Positions 9,333-21,278 of a DNA stretch of 64,000 nucleotides are shown here, in pieces; the first letter of the stretch is position 1, and the number at the start of each line of letters is the position of its first letter. The notes beneath the pieces are model-generated. The model saw only the letters and a program-made list of their open reading frames with translations. It was not told the origin of the DNA and made no database searches. A program made the position numbers and the translations under genes. The stretch is taken from assembly GCA_037443365.1 (NCBI GenBank), contig JBBIOM010000004.1:1-64000 (forward strand), written 5' to 3'. This DNA is from Armatimonadota bacterium. GTDB taxonomy: Bacteria; Sysuimicrobiota; Sysuimicrobiia; Sysuimicrobiales; Humicultoraceae.

Positions 9333-10220
9333 ATGCGGCCGGGTCGAACAGCCCGGAGAGCACCGGAGCCGGCGGCGCGAGGCGGAATGGTGCGGAGGAA
9401 GCCGGTGGGAGACGGGGCGCTGATCCTGGGGCTTGTCAACCAGAAGGGCGGGTGCGGCAAGACCACCACCGCCGTCAATCTGAGCGCCTCGCTGGCCGCT
9501 GAAGGTCATCGGTGCCTCCTGATAGACCTGGACCCGCAGGCGAACGCCACGGTGAGCCTCGGGATGGATCCCGCCACGCTGCGGCAGACGATCTACCACG
9601 TGCTTCTGGACCCGGACCACGCGGAGGGCGTGCCGCTGGATGCCGTCGTGCTGCCTTCGCCCGTGCGGGGTCTTGATATCGCTCCGTCCTCGATCGACCT
9701 CGCTGCCGCCGAGCTGGAACTGGCAGCACGCATCGGACGCGAGCACGCGTTGCGCAGGCGTTTGGCACCGGCGCGCGACCGCTACGATTTCGTTCTCATC
9801 GACACGCCGCCGTCGCTAGGTTTGCTCACACTGAACGCGCTGGTCGCCTGCGACGCGATCATCATCCCGATCCAGACCCACTACTACGCGTTGCTAGGGA
9901 TGCGGCAGCTGATACGCACCCTCAAGGTGGTGGGCAGCGAGGTTGGCCACCAGGTCGAGATCCTGGGGGTGCTGCCGACCATGTACGACTCGCGCACAAC
10001 GATCAGCAAGGAGATCCTGGAAGGCATCCACGACTTCTTCCCAAACAAGGTGTTTGAGACCACGATCCACTTCAACATCAAGCTCGTGGAGTCGTCGATG
10101 TCGGGCGTGCCGCTCTTCGTGAGCAACCCCTCATCGCGCGGCGCCAGGGAGTACTCGAGCCTGGCCAGAGAGGTGATCGCACATGTCAGGCGGTCGCGAA
10201 GAGCTGAGGCGCGGCGTTAG
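9333..10220 (+). CDS. ParA/Soj-family ATPase (orphan)
   Basis: NQKGGCGKTTT, IDLDPQAN, IDTPPSLG; start could be ATG 9388. Confidence 0.92.
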   Translation: MRPGRTARRAPEPAARGGMVRRKPVGDGALILGLVNQKGGCGKTTTAVNLSASLAAEGHRCLLIDLDPQANATVSLGMDPATLRQTIYHVLLDPDHAEGVPLDAVVLPSPVRGLDIAPSSIDLAAAELELAARIGREHALRRRLAPARDRYDFVLIDTPPSLGLLTLNALVACDAIIIPIQTHYYALLGMRQLIRTLKVVGSEVGHQVEILGVLPTMYDSRTTISKEILEGIHDFFPNKVFETTIHFNIKLVESSMSGVPLFVSNPSSRGAREYSSLAREVIAHVRRSRRAEARR

Positions 10221-10587
10221 GAACGTCATTGAGGCGGCCTCGCGCGAGATGGGCGCCCTGAGCGATCAGCAGCGCTCCGGGGCCGGCCTGCCCGAGAGTC
10301 CGCCCGAAGGGCGCGCGGAGCGTCCGTTCCTGCGGCTGGTGCGCGAGCGCCAGGCGCCCCCCGCTCCCTTGGCGCCCAGGCCGGTCGCGGTCCAGGGGCC
10401 CGTAGCGGTGCATCCTGCGAGGGGCGTCTGCGCCGACTACCAGGACCACCAGGCCTGCTGGGAAGTTCCGGAGGCCTACTGCAACCAGGCGCTGCACGTG
10501 TGCATGCTGCGCGAGTGTCCGGTCTACGACCTGAACAGGGGCGTGCTCGAGAAGCGATTCGCCGCGAAGTTCGCGCACCTCTGGTGA
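10183..10587 (+). CDS. hypothetical protein with Cys-rich C-terminal domain
   Basis: Overlaps the parA end; AGAGG RBS; C-terminal CADY...CWE...C...C...CPVY. Confidence 0.65.
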   Translation: MSGGREELRRGVRNVIEAASREMGALSDQQRSGAGLPESPPEGRAERPFLRLVRERQAPPAPLAPRPVAVQGPVAVHPARGVCADYQDHQACWEVPEAYCNQALHVCMLRECPVYDLNRGVLEKRFAAKFAHLW

Positions 10588-10596
10588 GGGCGCGGG

Positions 10597-11244
10597 TCAG
10601 GGGTCCCAGTCGAGGTCGAGCAACTCGCGCAGGTCGGCCACCCAGGCCCAGGGACTGACGCCGCGCGCTTCAGCCTCGGCCCGGCGGGGACCGAAGCCCA
10701 CGAAGCGGATGCCGGCCGCCTCCGCGGCCTGGCCGTCAATCCAGGAGTCTCCTACCAGGTAGGCAGCCCGGTGGGGCCCCGCGCGTTGCAGTATGAGTCG
10801 GATGCCGGCCGGATCGGGCTTCAGGGCAGGCGCCTCATCGCGGGTGACGGTCACGCCGATCAAGGCGGACAGCCCGAGGTCGTCCATCACGCGCTCGGTG
10901 GCGCTCCGGGCGTTGTTGGTGAGGAGGGCAAGGGTGACCCCGCGGGCGGCCAGGGCGGCAAGGACGTCGTGCACGTTGGGCACAGGCGCGGCCCCTGCCA
11001 TGCCCGCCGCCTCGAAGGTCTCGATGATTGACCACGCCTGAGCGGTCAGGTGAGGGGCAAGGAGGTCGATCCGGGCGACCAGGTCGGCTATCGGGACACG
11101 CATCAAGGCCGGGCGCGGCTCGGGCAGGGCGCCGGCGGTCTCGAGCAGGTCCACCAGGGCGCCGCGCAGCGCGGTGAAATCTATGCGAGAATCAACGAGG
11201 GTGTTGTCGAGGTCGAAGATGACGAGGAGCGCAGCAGAGTTCAT
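10597..11244 (-). CDS. HAD-family hydrolase
   Basis: [31 protein letters not shown]. Confidence 0.9.
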   Translation of the reverse strand: MNSAALLVIFDLDNTLVDSRIDFTALRGALVDLLETAGALPEPRPALMRVPIADLVARIDLLAPHLTAQAWSIIETFEAAGMAGAAPVPNVHDVLAALAARGVTLALLTNNARSATERVMDDLGLSALIGVTVTRDEAPALKPDPAGIRLILQRAGPHRAAYLVGDSWIDGQAAEAAGIRFVGFGPRRAEAEARGVSPWAWVADLRELLDLDWDP

Positions 11245-11310
11245 CCTGGGCGGCCTGCCTATTGGTTCTCCGCCGCCGCCGCACTCCCTCCGCGACGAAA
11301 GGAGACAGGT

Positions 11311-12618
11311 ATGACCGACCGGACGGCGCACCGAACCATCGGCGCTCTGCCTGGCCACGTGGGAGAGGAGGTCGAGCTCAGGGGCTGGCTGCAGCACCGG
11401 CGCAGCAGCGGACGGATACTCTTCCTCCTGGTGCGAGACGGCACCGGTCAGGTCCAGGCCGTCATGAGCCGGCAGGAGGTGCCCGAGGACGTCTTCGCGG
11501 CGGCCGCCCGCCTCCCGCAGGAGAGCAGCGTGATCGTAACCGGCGTCGTGCGGGCGGATCATCGCGCGCCCGGAGGCGTGGAGCTCACCGCGAGCTCGCT
11601 GCGTGTCGTGCACGAGGCCGAGCCCTACCCCATCACGCCGAAGCCCCACGGGGTGGAGTTCCTGATGGATCACCGTCACCTGTGGCTGCGCAGCAGCCGG
11701 CAGCAGGCGATCATGCGCGTGCGGGCCGAGGTGATCCGGGCGATGACGGACTATCTCGACGGGGCAGGCTTTCTTCGCATGGACGCGCCGATTCTCACCC
11801 CGGCGGCGGTCGAGGGGACGACGACGCTCTTTGGGACGCAGTACTTCGACCTGGGATCCGCCTACCTCACGCAGTCGGGCCAGCTCTACAACGAGGCCGC
11901 CGCCATGGCATTTGGCCGCGTCTACTGCTTCGGTCCCACATTTCGGGCCGAGAAGAGCAAGACGCGGCGGCACCTGATCGAGTTCTGGATGCTCGAGCCT
12001 GAGGTCGCATACCTGGATCTGGAAGGCTACATGGCCCTGGCCGAGGACTTTGTCTGCAGCGTCGTGGTGCGGGTACTCGACCGAGCCCGGGCATCGCTCG
12101 CCACGCTCGAGCGCGACCCGGCGCCCCTCGAACGCGTCCGCTCCCCGTTCCCAAGGATCTCATACGATGAGGCACTCGGGCTCCTGGCGGAAGCCGGGAA
12201 GCCCGTGGCCTGGGGTGATGATCTGGGAGGCGACGAGGAGACCGCGGTCAGCCAGCAGTTCGACCGGCCGGTGTTCATTCACCGCTACCCCACGCGCTGC
12301 AAGGCCTTCTACATGCAGCCCGATCCCGCCCGCCCGGACGTCGCGCTGGGCGCGGACCTGATCGCCCCCGAAGGGTACGGCGAGATAATAGGCGGCGGGC
12401 AGCGGATCTGCGACCTTGAGCTGCTGAGAACGCGCCTGGCCGAGCACGGCCTGTCCGAGTCCACCTATCAATGGTACCTGGACCTGCGCCGCTACGGATC
12501 GGTGCCGCACTCGGGCTTCGGGATCGGCATTGAGCGCACGGTCGCCTGGATTTGCGGCATCGAGCACGTGCGAGAGGCCATCCCCTTCCCTCGGCTGCTC
12601 AACCGGCTCTACCCGTAG
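11311..12618 (+). CDS. asnS: asparagine--tRNA ligase
   Basis: [55 protein letters not shown]. Confidence 0.95.
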   Translation: MTDRTAHRTIGALPGHVGEEVELRGWLQHRRSSGRILFLLVRDGTGQVQAVMSRQEVPEDVFAAAARLPQESSVIVTGVVRADHRAPGGVELTASSLRVVHEAEPYPITPKPHGVEFLMDHRHLWLRSSRQQAIMRVRAEVIRAMTDYLDGAGFLRMDAPILTPAAVEGTTTLFGTQYFDLGSAYLTQSGQLYNEAAAMAFGRVYCFGPTFRAEKSKTRRHLIEFWMLEPEVAYLDLEGYMALAEDFVCSVVVRVLDRARASLATLERDPAPLERVRSPFPRISYDEALGLLAEAGKPVAWGDDLGGDEETAVSQQFDRPVFIHRYPTRCKAFYMQPDPARPDVALGADLIAPEGYGEIIGGGQRICDLELLRTRLAEHGLSESTYQWYLDLRRYGSVPHSGFGIGIERTVAWICGIEHVREAIPFPRLLNRLYP

Positions 12619-12635
12619 GCCTTGCGCGCCGGGCC

Positions 12636-12750
12636 TTGCCTGGCCGCAAGGCGTTGTGGTAGCATGGCCTGGAAGACCGCTGCAGAAGACGTCCGGCTCT
12701 CCGCCGGCAGGCAGGACGTGGCGAGTGGGTGAGGTTGCCCGCTCGTTTTT
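12636..12750 (+). promoter_or_regulatory. rimP operon promoter plus rimP-leader terminator hairpin
   Basis: TTGCCT-18 nt-TAGCAT (12636-12665); hairpin GCGAGTGGGT...GCCCGCTCGT followed by TTTT (12721-12750) in the 5' UTR. Confidence 0.7.
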
Positions 12751-12777
12751 CATGCGGCGGGGTGAGGAGACAGGTTC

Positions 12778-13280
12778 GTGGCGCATGCGCCCTGGAAGGA
12801 GCAGGTTGAGCACCTGGCCGCGGCAGTAGCGGTCAGGTGGGGGTATGCCCTTGTCGGCGTCGAGATCGTCGGGCGGGGCCGCCGCCCGTTGATCAGGGTC
12901 ACGGTGGAGGGAGAGGAGCCCGTGACCGTGGACGCGTGCGCGAGGATCTCCGAAGAACTGGGGCGCGCGCTGGACCTGCACGACCCGATCCCGCACGCGT
13001 ACGTGCTCGAGGTGGCCTCGCCGGGGCTGGACCGGCTGCTCGTGGCTGAGGGCGACTTCCGCCGGTTCGCCGGTCGCAAGATCGACCTGGCGACGCGCGC
13101 TCCCGTGGATGGACGCCGCCGCTGGAAGGGTCATCTGCGGGGTGTTGACGCCGGCAGCGTAGTGGTCGAGGCAGAGGGCCTGCTGATACGGCTGCCGCTG
13201 GAGCAGATTGCCTCGGCGCGGCTGGTTGTCGAGATGGAGGACCTTCGCCAGGATCTTGCCAAGGGGGGGCGCGGTCGGTC

Positions 13281-13284
<4 letters not shown>
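12778..13284 (+). CDS. rimP: ribosome maturation factor RimP
   Basis: VTVDACARIS, YVLEVASPGLDR; upstream of nusA. Confidence 0.93.
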
Positions 13285-14417
<1,133 letters not shown>

Positions 14418-14433
14418 CGGGCGGCCTGGGAGC

Positions 14434-14724
14434 ATGGCGAGAGTCAGGCACGTGCCACAGCGCCAGTGTGTTGCATGCCGGAAGATCCGGCCCAAGCGCG
14501 AGATGGTGCGCGTGGTGCGCACGCCTGCGGGAGAGGTGCGCGTGGACTCGACCGGGAAGGTGTCAGGGCGCGGGGCGTATGTGTGTCCGGATGCCGCGTG
14601 CGTAGATGTCGCGGTGCGCGAGCACCGACTGGGGCACGCGCTCGAGATGGCGATACCGGAAGCGACGGTCGAGGAACTGCGCGCCGCGGCGAGCCGCGGC
14701 GCGCAGGCTCCCGGTCGAGGCTAG
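14434..14724 (+). CDS. ylxR: YlxR/RnpM-family RNA-binding protein (DUF448)
   Basis: PQRQCVACR, GRGAYVC; located between nusA and infB. Confidence 0.9.
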   Translation: MARVRHVPQRQCVACRKIRPKREMVRVVRTPAGEVRVDSTGKVSGRGAYVCPDAACVDVAVREHRLGHALEMAIPEATVEELRAAASRGAQAPGRG

Positions 14725-14737
14725 AGGAGGCCGCTGC

Positions 14738-17278
14738 ATGCGGGTGTACGAGCTGGCGAAGGAACTGGGGCTGAGCACCAAGGACCTGATGGACGTGCTC
14801 ACGACGCTCAAGGTGTCGGTCAAGAGCCACAGCAGCAGTCTGAGCGTGGTGGCCGAACAGCGCGTCCGGGTGCACATCGCGGCCACACGCCCCTCCAAGG
14901 GAAAGAAGCGCGCGGCCGCCCCGGCCGCGCCTGCGCCCGCGCCTCCGACACCGCCCGTGGTGCGGCCCGATACCAAGACCCCGACGGGCGAGCGGATTCT
15001 GGGGGTGCGGAAGATCACACTTCCCCCGCCTCCGCCTGCGGTGGAGCCGCTGCCAGCGCCCCAGGCGCCCGTGGTGCAGCAGCCTCAGGTCGCACCCGTT
15101 GCCGTGGTTCCACCCGCCGCAGCCGTGCCGGCCGCGGCCGCGCCTCCGCCGCCCACCACCGTCGTCGAGGCGCCCCCGGCGCAGCCAGTCCCTCCGCCGC
15201 CCACCACCGTCGTCGAGGCGCCCGCTGCGCAGCCAGCCCCGCCGACCCCCAAAGAGATCCGCATCGAGCCGGTTCGGCCGCCCAGGCGCGAGGTCGCGAA
15301 GGAGGCCCTCCGCGAGCCCGAGGGCCGCGGTGTGGCTCCTCCCCCGGTGGTTCCGCTGCCGCCGCGCGCTCCTGAGGCCGGCGAGCGCCGCCGACCACCT
15401 GCAGGCCCTGGCAGGCCGCCCGGCAGGCCCACGATCCAGCCGCGCCGACCTGTGTACCGCCTGCCCCGCAGCAGGCGGCGGGCACGCCCGCGTCCTGTCG
15501 AGACCCCCGTGGTGGAGGCCGTCCTCCCGGTGGCCGCACAGGTCGAGCTGGCCGGGCCGATCAGCGTGGGCGAGCTGGCGTCGCGCCTGAACGTGGCCGC
15601 GGGCGAGATAGTGCGGCGCCTGCTCGACCAGGGTGTGCTGGCCGGGATCAACCAGCAGATTCCGTCCGAGGTCGCCGTCCGGATCGCCGAGTCGTTCGGA
15701 ACAGTCGTGGCGCGCCCGCGTCCAACCCCCGCGGGAGAGCAGGCGGCCCGAAGGATCACGCGGATGATCGTGGCCGCCGGTGAAGGCGCGGCTCCCAGAC
15801 CCCCGGTCGTCACGGTCATGGGGCACGTTGACCATGGGAAGACGACCCTCCTGGACGTCATACGCCAGACGCGCGTCGCCGATTCGGAGTTCGGAGGGAT
15901 CACGCAACACATAGGGGCATCCGTAGCGCGATCGGGTGACCGGGAGATCGTGTTCATAGACACCCCGGGACACGCCGCGTTCACGGAGCTGCGCGCTCGC
16001 GGCGCGCAGGTGACCGACATTGCGGTGCTGGTGGTGGCGGCCGATGACGGCGTCATGCCCCAGACCATCGAGGCCATCAACCACGCGCGGGCTGCGGGCG
16101 TGCCCATCGTCGTGGCCATCAACAAGACAGACCTGCCGCAGGCCAATCCCGAGCGCGTCATGCAGGGGCTGGCCGAGCAGGGGCTCGTGCCCGAGGAGTG
16201 GGGCGGCGACACGATCATGGTGCCGGTGTCCGCCCGGCAGAAGACCGGATTGGACCAGCTGCTCGAGATGATACTGCTCGTGGCTGACATGCAGGACCTG
16301 CGCGCCGACGTGGACCGCTCGGCGCGCGGGACGATCATCGAGTCCCGGCTGGACAAGGGGCGGGGGCCCGTGGCCACGGTTCTGATCCAGGAGGGACGCC
16401 TCCGAACAGGGGACTCCATCGTTGCTGGCGAGACCTACGGCCGCGTGCGCGCCATGCTGGATGCACGAGGTCAGCGGGCTGACCAGGCGACTCCTTCCAC
16501 GCCGGTTGAGGTCTTGGGGCTGATGGAGGTCCCGGCGGCGGGCGACCTCCTGGAGGCGGTGCGCGACGAGCGCGCGGCGCGGGCGGCCGCGGAGGAGCGT
16601 CGCGAGCGTCGGCGAGCGTCCGAGATGGCCGCGGCGCCCGCCGCGGCGGCCACCGGGATGGGAGAGGAATCAAAGGACCTGCGCGTCATCATCAAGGGCG
16701 ATGCGCATGGTTCGGTCGAAGCGCTGCAGGCTGCCATTCCCAGGCTGTCGGGGCCCGAGGTGAAGGTGTCCGTGTTGCACGCGGCCGTCGGCAACGTCAC
16801 CGAGTCGGACATCATGCTGGCCGCGGCCAGCCGAGCCGTCGTGGTGGGCTTCAACGTGAGGCCCGAAGCCCAGGTGCGGCGGATGGCCGAGGAAGAGCGC
16901 GTGGACCTGCGGGTGTACCGCGTCATCTACGAGGCCCTCGACGATCTGGCAGCGGTGCAGAAGGGCCTGCTTGCGCCCAAGATCCAGGAGGTTGTCCTGG
17001 GGCAGGCCGAGGTGAGACGGGTGTTCGCCATCTCCCGCCTGGGCGTCGTGGCCGGGTCGTATGTGACCGGAGGTCAGATCGTGCGCGGCGCGAAGGCCCG
17101 CGTCGTGCGTGACGGCGTTGTCGTGTACGACGGCAGGGTAGCCTCGCTGCGCCGGTTCAAGGAGGATGTCCGCGAGGTGACCGACGGGTTCGAGTGCGGC
17201 ATCGGCCTGGAGCGGTTCAACGACGTGAAGGAAGGCGATCTGGTCGAGGCCTACGAGTTGCAGGAGGTATCGGCTTAG
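14738..17278 (+). CDS. infB: translation initiation factor IF-2
   Basis: [43 protein letters not shown]. Confidence 0.97.
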   Translation: MRVYELAKELGLSTKDLMDVLTTLKVSVKSHSSSLSVVAEQRVRVHIAATRPSKGKKRAAAPAAPAPAPPTPPVVRPDTKTPTGERILGVRKITLPPPPPAVEPLPAPQAPVVQQPQVAPVAVVPPAAAVPAAAAPPPPTTVVEAPPAQPVPPPPTTVVEAPAAQPAPPTPKEIRIEPVRPPRREVAKEALREPEGRGVAPPPVVPLPPRAPEAGERRRPPAGPGRPPGRPTIQPRRPVYRLPRSRRRARPRPVETPVVEAVLPVAAQVELAGPISVGELASRLNVAAGEIVRRLLDQGVLAGINQQIPSEVAVRIAESFGTVVARPRPTPAGEQAARRITRMIVAAGEGAAPRPPVVTVMGHVDHGKTTLLDVIRQTRVADSEFGGITQHIGASVARSGDREIVFIDTPGHAAFTELRARGAQVTDIAVLVVAADDGVMPQTIEAINHARAAGVPIVVAINKTDLPQANPERVMQGLAEQGLVPEEWGGDTIMVPVSARQKTGLDQLLEMILLVADMQDLRADVDRSARGTIIESRLDKGRGPVATVLIQEGRLRTGDSIVAGETYGRVRAMLDARGQRADQATPSTPVEVLGLMEVPAAGDLLEAVRDERAARAAAEERRERRRASEMAAAPAAAATGMGEESKDLRVIIKGDAHGSVEALQAAIPRLSGPEVKVSVLHAAVGNVTESDIMLAAASRAVVVGFNVRPEAQVRRMAEEERVDLRVYRVIYEALDDLAAVQKGLLAPKIQEVVLGQAEVRRVFAISRLGVVAGSYVTGGQIVRGAKARVVRDGVVVYDGRVASLRRFKEDVREVTDGFECGIGLERFNDVKEGDLVEAYELQEVSA
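15143..15238 (+). repeat. 48-bp in-frame tandem duplication within infB
   Basis: CCTCCGCCGCCCACCACCGTCGTCGAGGCGCCC at 15143 and 15191 ([15 protein letters not shown] twice). Confidence 0.85.
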
Positions 17279-17310
17279 GGCAGGACGGCGCAGGCCTGGG
17301 GGACGGGCAG

Positions 17311-17592
17311 ATCATCGTCGGCGTGCTAAGCGTGGAGCTGAGCCTGCCGGGCGCGCGGGGTCTGAAGGACAAGCGCCGCCTGGTCAAGGGGCTGATCGAG
17401 AGGACCCAGAGCCGGTTCCGGGTCTGCGCCGCCGAGGTGGACCACCAGGAGAGCTGGCGGCGTGCGACCGTCGCCTTTGCCTGTATCTCCACTTCCACGC
17501 GTCACGCGCACGCGGTCCTGGCCGGGATCTCTGACTTCGTCGAGCGCCAGGCGGATCTGGTCGTGGTGGGTCTAGAGGTCGAAATCCGTTGA
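17311..17592 (+). CDS. DUF503 (YlxP) protein; start uncertain
   Basis: IVGVLSVELSLPGARGLKDKRR, AEVDHQESW; located between infB and rbfA. Confidence 0.85.
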   Translation: MIVGVLSVELSLPGARGLKDKRRLVKGLIERTQSRFRVCAAEVDHQESWRRATVAFACISTSTRHAHAVLAGISDFVERQADLVVVGLEVEIR

Positions 17593-17606
17593 TGGAGCAG
17601 GCGACA

Positions 17607-17990
17607 ATGGCTGGCACAAGAGCCCGGCGCCTGGCCGAGGTCATTAGGGCCGAGGCCAGCGAGATCATCCGCCAGGACCTGCGGGATCCCCGCATCGGGT
17701 TCACCTCCGTAACCGATGTCGAGGTGAGCGGAGACCTCCGTCACGTCAAGATCTTCGTGAGCGTGTTGGGCGATCAGGACGCGAAGCAGAAGACCATGGA
17801 AGGGTTGGACAGGGCGACCGGGCGCATTCGCACCGCGCTGGGGGCCCGGCTGGCCATGAGGTTCGTGCCGGAGATCCACTTCCGTCTCGATGAATCCATC
17901 GAGCGGGGGGCCCGCGTGGCGTCCCTGCTTCGCGAGGTCGAATCGGAGGGAACGCGTGGACCCTCGGGAGACGATAGCCCGGGCGCTTAG
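17607..17990 (+). CDS. rbfA: ribosome-binding factor A
   Basis: DLRDPRIGF, VEVSGDLRHVKIFVS, PEIHFRLDESIE. Confidence 0.95.
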   Translation: MAGTRARRLAEVIRAEASEIIRQDLRDPRIGFTSVTDVEVSGDLRHVKIFVSVLGDQDAKQKTMEGLDRATGRIRTALGARLAMRFVPEIHFRLDESIERGARVASLLREVESEGTRGPSGDDSPGA

Positions 17991-18933
17991 TTCCGCCGGC
18001 CGCGCGCTGATCGTCTGCCACCCTGACCCGGACGGCGACTGCCTGGGGGCGGCCCTTGCGCTCCACGCCGCCCTGGAGCAGATCGGGGTGGAAGCGACGG
18101 TCGCCTGCGAGGACGGCGTGCCCGGCTCGCTGGCGTTCCTGCCGGGTGCCGGACGGGTGGTCCGCGCGGTCCCTGCTGACGTTCCGATTCCCGTCGCGGC
18201 GGCGCTGGAGTGCGATACACCCGAGCGGGCCGGCTCGCTGGCAGCCGCCCTGAGGCGCGCCAGGACGCTCATCGCGATCGACCATCACGGCGAGCGTCCC
18301 ATCGGTGCCCATCTGGCATACTGGGATCCCGCGGCCGCCGCGGTCGGCGAGATGGTCATGGATCTGATAACCGAGCTTGGGGTGACGATTGATCGGCCGA
18401 TGGCCGCGTGCCTGCTCGCTGCCATTGTGACCGACACGGGCGTCTTCAGGTACGCCAACACGACGCCGCGCACCCTCCGGATTGCCGCAGAACTGATCGA
18501 GCGCGGCGCCAGCCTGAGCGAGATCGTGCGCGCAGCCTACGAGGAGCAACCCGCCCCCACGGTGCGCTTGCTCGGGCACGCGCTGGCTGCCAGCCGGCTG
18601 CACGAGGACGGGGCGGTGGCGATGACCACGGTGACGCCGGCGATGCTGGCGGCCGCCGGCGCCGGAGCGGATGACATCGAGGGCATCGCCGAGGCGCTTC
18701 GCACGATATCCGGGGTGCGCTTGGCCGTGATGGTGCACGACCGCGGGGACTCGGTCCGGGTCTCGATCCGGGCGAGAGACGGGGTGCGCGCCGATCGGAT
18801 GGCCCGGGAGCTGGGGGGTGGCGGACACCCTGGCGCCGCAGGGGCCCAGATGGGAAGCGGGCTCGATGAGGCGATGCCGCGCGTCCTTCGGGCCGCCTCG
18901 CGCGCGGTCCGTTCGGCAGGCCATGGCGCGTAA
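17956..18933 (+). CDS. nrnA: DHH/DHHA1 phosphoesterase (NrnA-like)
   Basis: HPDPDGDCLG, IDHH, TDTGVF, GGGGHPGAAG. Confidence 0.9.
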   Translation: MDPRETIARALSSAGRALIVCHPDPDGDCLGAALALHAALEQIGVEATVACEDGVPGSLAFLPGAGRVVRAVPADVPIPVAAALECDTPERAGSLAAALRRARTLIAIDHHGERPIGAHLAYWDPAAAAVGEMVMDLITELGVTIDRPMAACLLAAIVTDTGVFRYANTTPRTLRIAAELIERGASLSEIVRAAYEEQPAPTVRLLGHALAASRLHEDGAVAMTTVTPAMLAAAGAGADDIEGIAEALRTISGVRLAVMVHDRGDSVRVSIRARDGVRADRMARELGGGGHPGAAGAQMGSGLDEAMPRVLRAASRAVRSAGHGA

Positions 18934-19861
18934 CCCCCAAGCGAGGGATCCGGGACACCTCTCGGGGGTGCTCAACATCCTCAAGCCGCCCGGGATGACC
19001 TCGCACGACGTGGTTGACGTGCTGAGGCGGCTGCTCGGGGTACGCAGGGTCGGACATACCGGGACGCTCGATCCCGGCGCCTCCGGCGTGCTCGTTCTGT
19101 GCGTGGGCCGGGCCACACGCATCGCCGAGTTCCTCGCGGATCAGAGCAAGGGGTATCGCGCCGAGTTCACGTTCGGGCTCGAGACATCATCCGGGGATGC
19201 CTACGGCGAGCCGCTGCAGGAGCGTGACGCCTCGGGCCTGGGTGCCGGAGCGCTGGAGTCCGCGCTGGCGACGTTCCAGGGTGCGATCCAGCAGGTCCCG
19301 CCCATGGTCTCGGCGGTACGCAGGTCCGGGCGCAGGCTCTACGAGCACGCCAGGCGCGGGGAAGTCGTTGACGTCGCCGCGCGCCAGGTCACTATCTTCG
19401 AGTGCCGGTTGATCGAGTTCGTTCCGGGCCCGCGCGCCACCGCCATGGTGCAAGTTGAGTGCTCCAAGGGCACCTACATCCGCGCGCTGGCCTGTGATCT
19501 TGGCAGGCGGCTGGGCGTGGGCGGGCACGCCTCCTTCGTCCTGCGCACGAGGGTCGGACGCTTCTCCCTCGACTCGAGTCTCACCCTGGAGGAGCTGTCC
19601 GCGGCCGAGGATCCCGGCGGGCTTCTCATTCCGCCGGATGAAGCGCTGGACCACCTGCCCGCCGTGGACCTTGCGCCTCACCAGCGTCGGCAGGTCCTGG
19701 ATGGTGTGGCGATCCCGCTCTTCCAGATCCCGGGATGGGCCCGGCTGAACGCGGATGCGCCGGTGCGCCTTCGCGACGAACGAGGCCTGGTGGCCTTGGG
19801 GCGCGTGGAGGCCGGACGCCTCATGCCGTTCCGCGTGCTCCGGGGACCAGGCGCCGGATGA
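18923..19861 (+). CDS. truB: tRNA pseudouridine55 synthase
   Basis: KPPGMTSHDVV, GHTGTLDP, CSKGTYIR. Confidence 0.96.
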   Translation: MARNPQARDPGHLSGVLNILKPPGMTSHDVVDVLRRLLGVRRVGHTGTLDPGASGVLVLCVGRATRIAEFLADQSKGYRAEFTFGLETSSGDAYGEPLQERDASGLGAGALESALATFQGAIQQVPPMVSAVRRSGRRLYEHARRGEVVDVAARQVTIFECRLIEFVPGPRATAMVQVECSKGTYIRALACDLGRRLGVGGHASFVLRTRVGRFSLDSSLTLEELSAAEDPGGLLIPPDEALDHLPAVDLAPHQRRQVLDGVAIPLFQIPGWARLNADAPVRLRDERGLVALGRVEAGRLMPFRVLRGPGAG

Positions 19862-20802
19862 ACGTCATCTGGGGGTTTGACCGTCTACCCGCAGAACCTG
19901 CGCCGGCGGCGGTGGCCCTGGGAACGTTTGACGGGCTGCACCTGGGACACCGGGCCGTCATCGCGGCGCTCCTGTCGGTTGCCGCGCGCGAAGGCCTTCA
20001 AGCGGTGGCCATCACATTCGACCCGCACCCGCTGACCGTGGTCGCGCCGCCGGGTGAGCCCTTCCTCCTCACCACGATGGAAGAGCGGACCGACCTCTTC
20101 GCCCAAGCCGGAGTGGACGCCCTGCTCATCGTGCGGTTCGATGCCGGGCTCCGCGACGTTCACGGCGCCAAGTGGTTGGAGATGCTGACCGAGCGACTCC
20201 GGGCGCGTCACATGGTGGCGTCCTCGAGTCATGCCTTCGGACACCGCCGCGAGGGAGACGCCACGATGCTGCGGGATTGGGCGCTCACCCGGGGGATCGG
20301 TGTGACCGTTGTGCCTCCCGTGAGCAACGGGGGCGCGATGATAAGCAGCAGCGCGATACGCGAACGCCTGCGGGCCGGTGACGTCCAGACCGCGGCCGCG
20401 TGGCTGGGACGCTGGTACTCGATTCGAGGAATCGTGACGCCCGGTGACGGTCGCGGCCGTGTCCTGGGCGTGCCCACGGCCAACCTGCGGGTCTCCCCTC
20501 AGAAGGTGGTGCCCGGCCCTGGAGTATACGCTGCCTATGCCAGCGTGGGGGGCCGGACTCACATGGCCGCGGTCAACGTAGGCGTCCGGCCCACGTTCGG
20601 CACCGGGGGCCCCGGGGTGGAAGCGCACATGCTGGACGTCGACCTCGACCTCTACGCGCAAACGGTCGAGGTGGCGTTTGTCTCGAGGCTCAGGGACGAG
20701 CACCGCTTCTCGGACACCGAGGCGCTCAAGGCCCAGATGGCGGCGGACATCGTCGCCGTGAGGGACCTCCTGGGGCTCCGAGGGCGCTGGGGCCAGGCGT
20801 GA
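19858..20802 (+). CDS. ribF: bifunctional riboflavin kinase/FAD synthetase
   Basis: [31 protein letters not shown]. Confidence 0.95.
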   Translation: MNVIWGFDRLPAEPAPAAVALGTFDGLHLGHRAVIAALLSVAAREGLQAVAITFDPHPLTVVAPPGEPFLLTTMEERTDLFAQAGVDALLIVRFDAGLRDVHGAKWLEMLTERLRARHMVASSSHAFGHRREGDATMLRDWALTRGIGVTVVPPVSNGGAMISSSAIRERLRAGDVQTAAAWLGRWYSIRGIVTPGDGRGRVLGVPTANLRVSPQKVVPGPGVYAAYASVGGRTHMAAVNVGVRPTFGTGGPGVEAHMLDVDLDLYAQTVEVAFVSRLRDEHRFSDTEALKAQMAADIVAVRDLLGLRGRWGQA

Positions 20803-20807
20803 TCGTG

Positions 20808-20935
20808 TTTACGCCTGCTGGCAGTCTGTGCTACGATATGCCAGACCCCGGCGGGGAGCAGCGTTGCTCCGACGTCCTCCCGGCCGCGGGTGTCATTCAT
20901 TTCCGGTTCCCGATCGGTCGGGACTGAGGAGAGCA
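20808..20935 (+). promoter_or_regulatory. rpsO promoter and structured 5' leader
   Basis: TTTACG-18 nt-TACGAT with TG extension; leader with nested hairpins (GGAGCAGCGTTGCTCC). Confidence 0.5.
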
Positions 20936-20938
20936 GAG

Positions 20939-21205
20939 ATGCTTAGGCGTGAAGTCAAGCAGGGTATCCTCGGGAAGTACAGGCGCCATACAGGGGACAC
21001 AGGATCACCCGAGGTGCAGATCGCGCTGCTCACGGAACGGATCAACCACCTCGCCGAACACCTCAAGAATCATGCCAAGGACTTCCACTCGCGGCGGGGC
21101 CTGCTGAAGCTCGTGGGGCAGCGCCGGCGCCTGCTTGCGTATCTCGAGAGAACGGACATCGCGGCGTACCGACGGTTGGTGGAGTCACTGGACCTGCGGC
21201 GCTGA
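20939..21205 (+). CDS. rpsO: 30S ribosomal protein S15
   Basis: [38 protein letters not shown]. Confidence 0.97.
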   Translation: MLRREVKQGILGKYRRHTGDTGSPEVQIALLTERINHLAEHLKNHAKDFHSRRGLLKLVGQRRRLLAYLERTDIAAYRRLVESLDLRR

Positions 21206-21278
21206 CCAGGGCGACCACACGCGCACTGGGCCCGGCACGTTGCTACCCTAGTCCCTATGGGAAGGACGGGATCCATTC

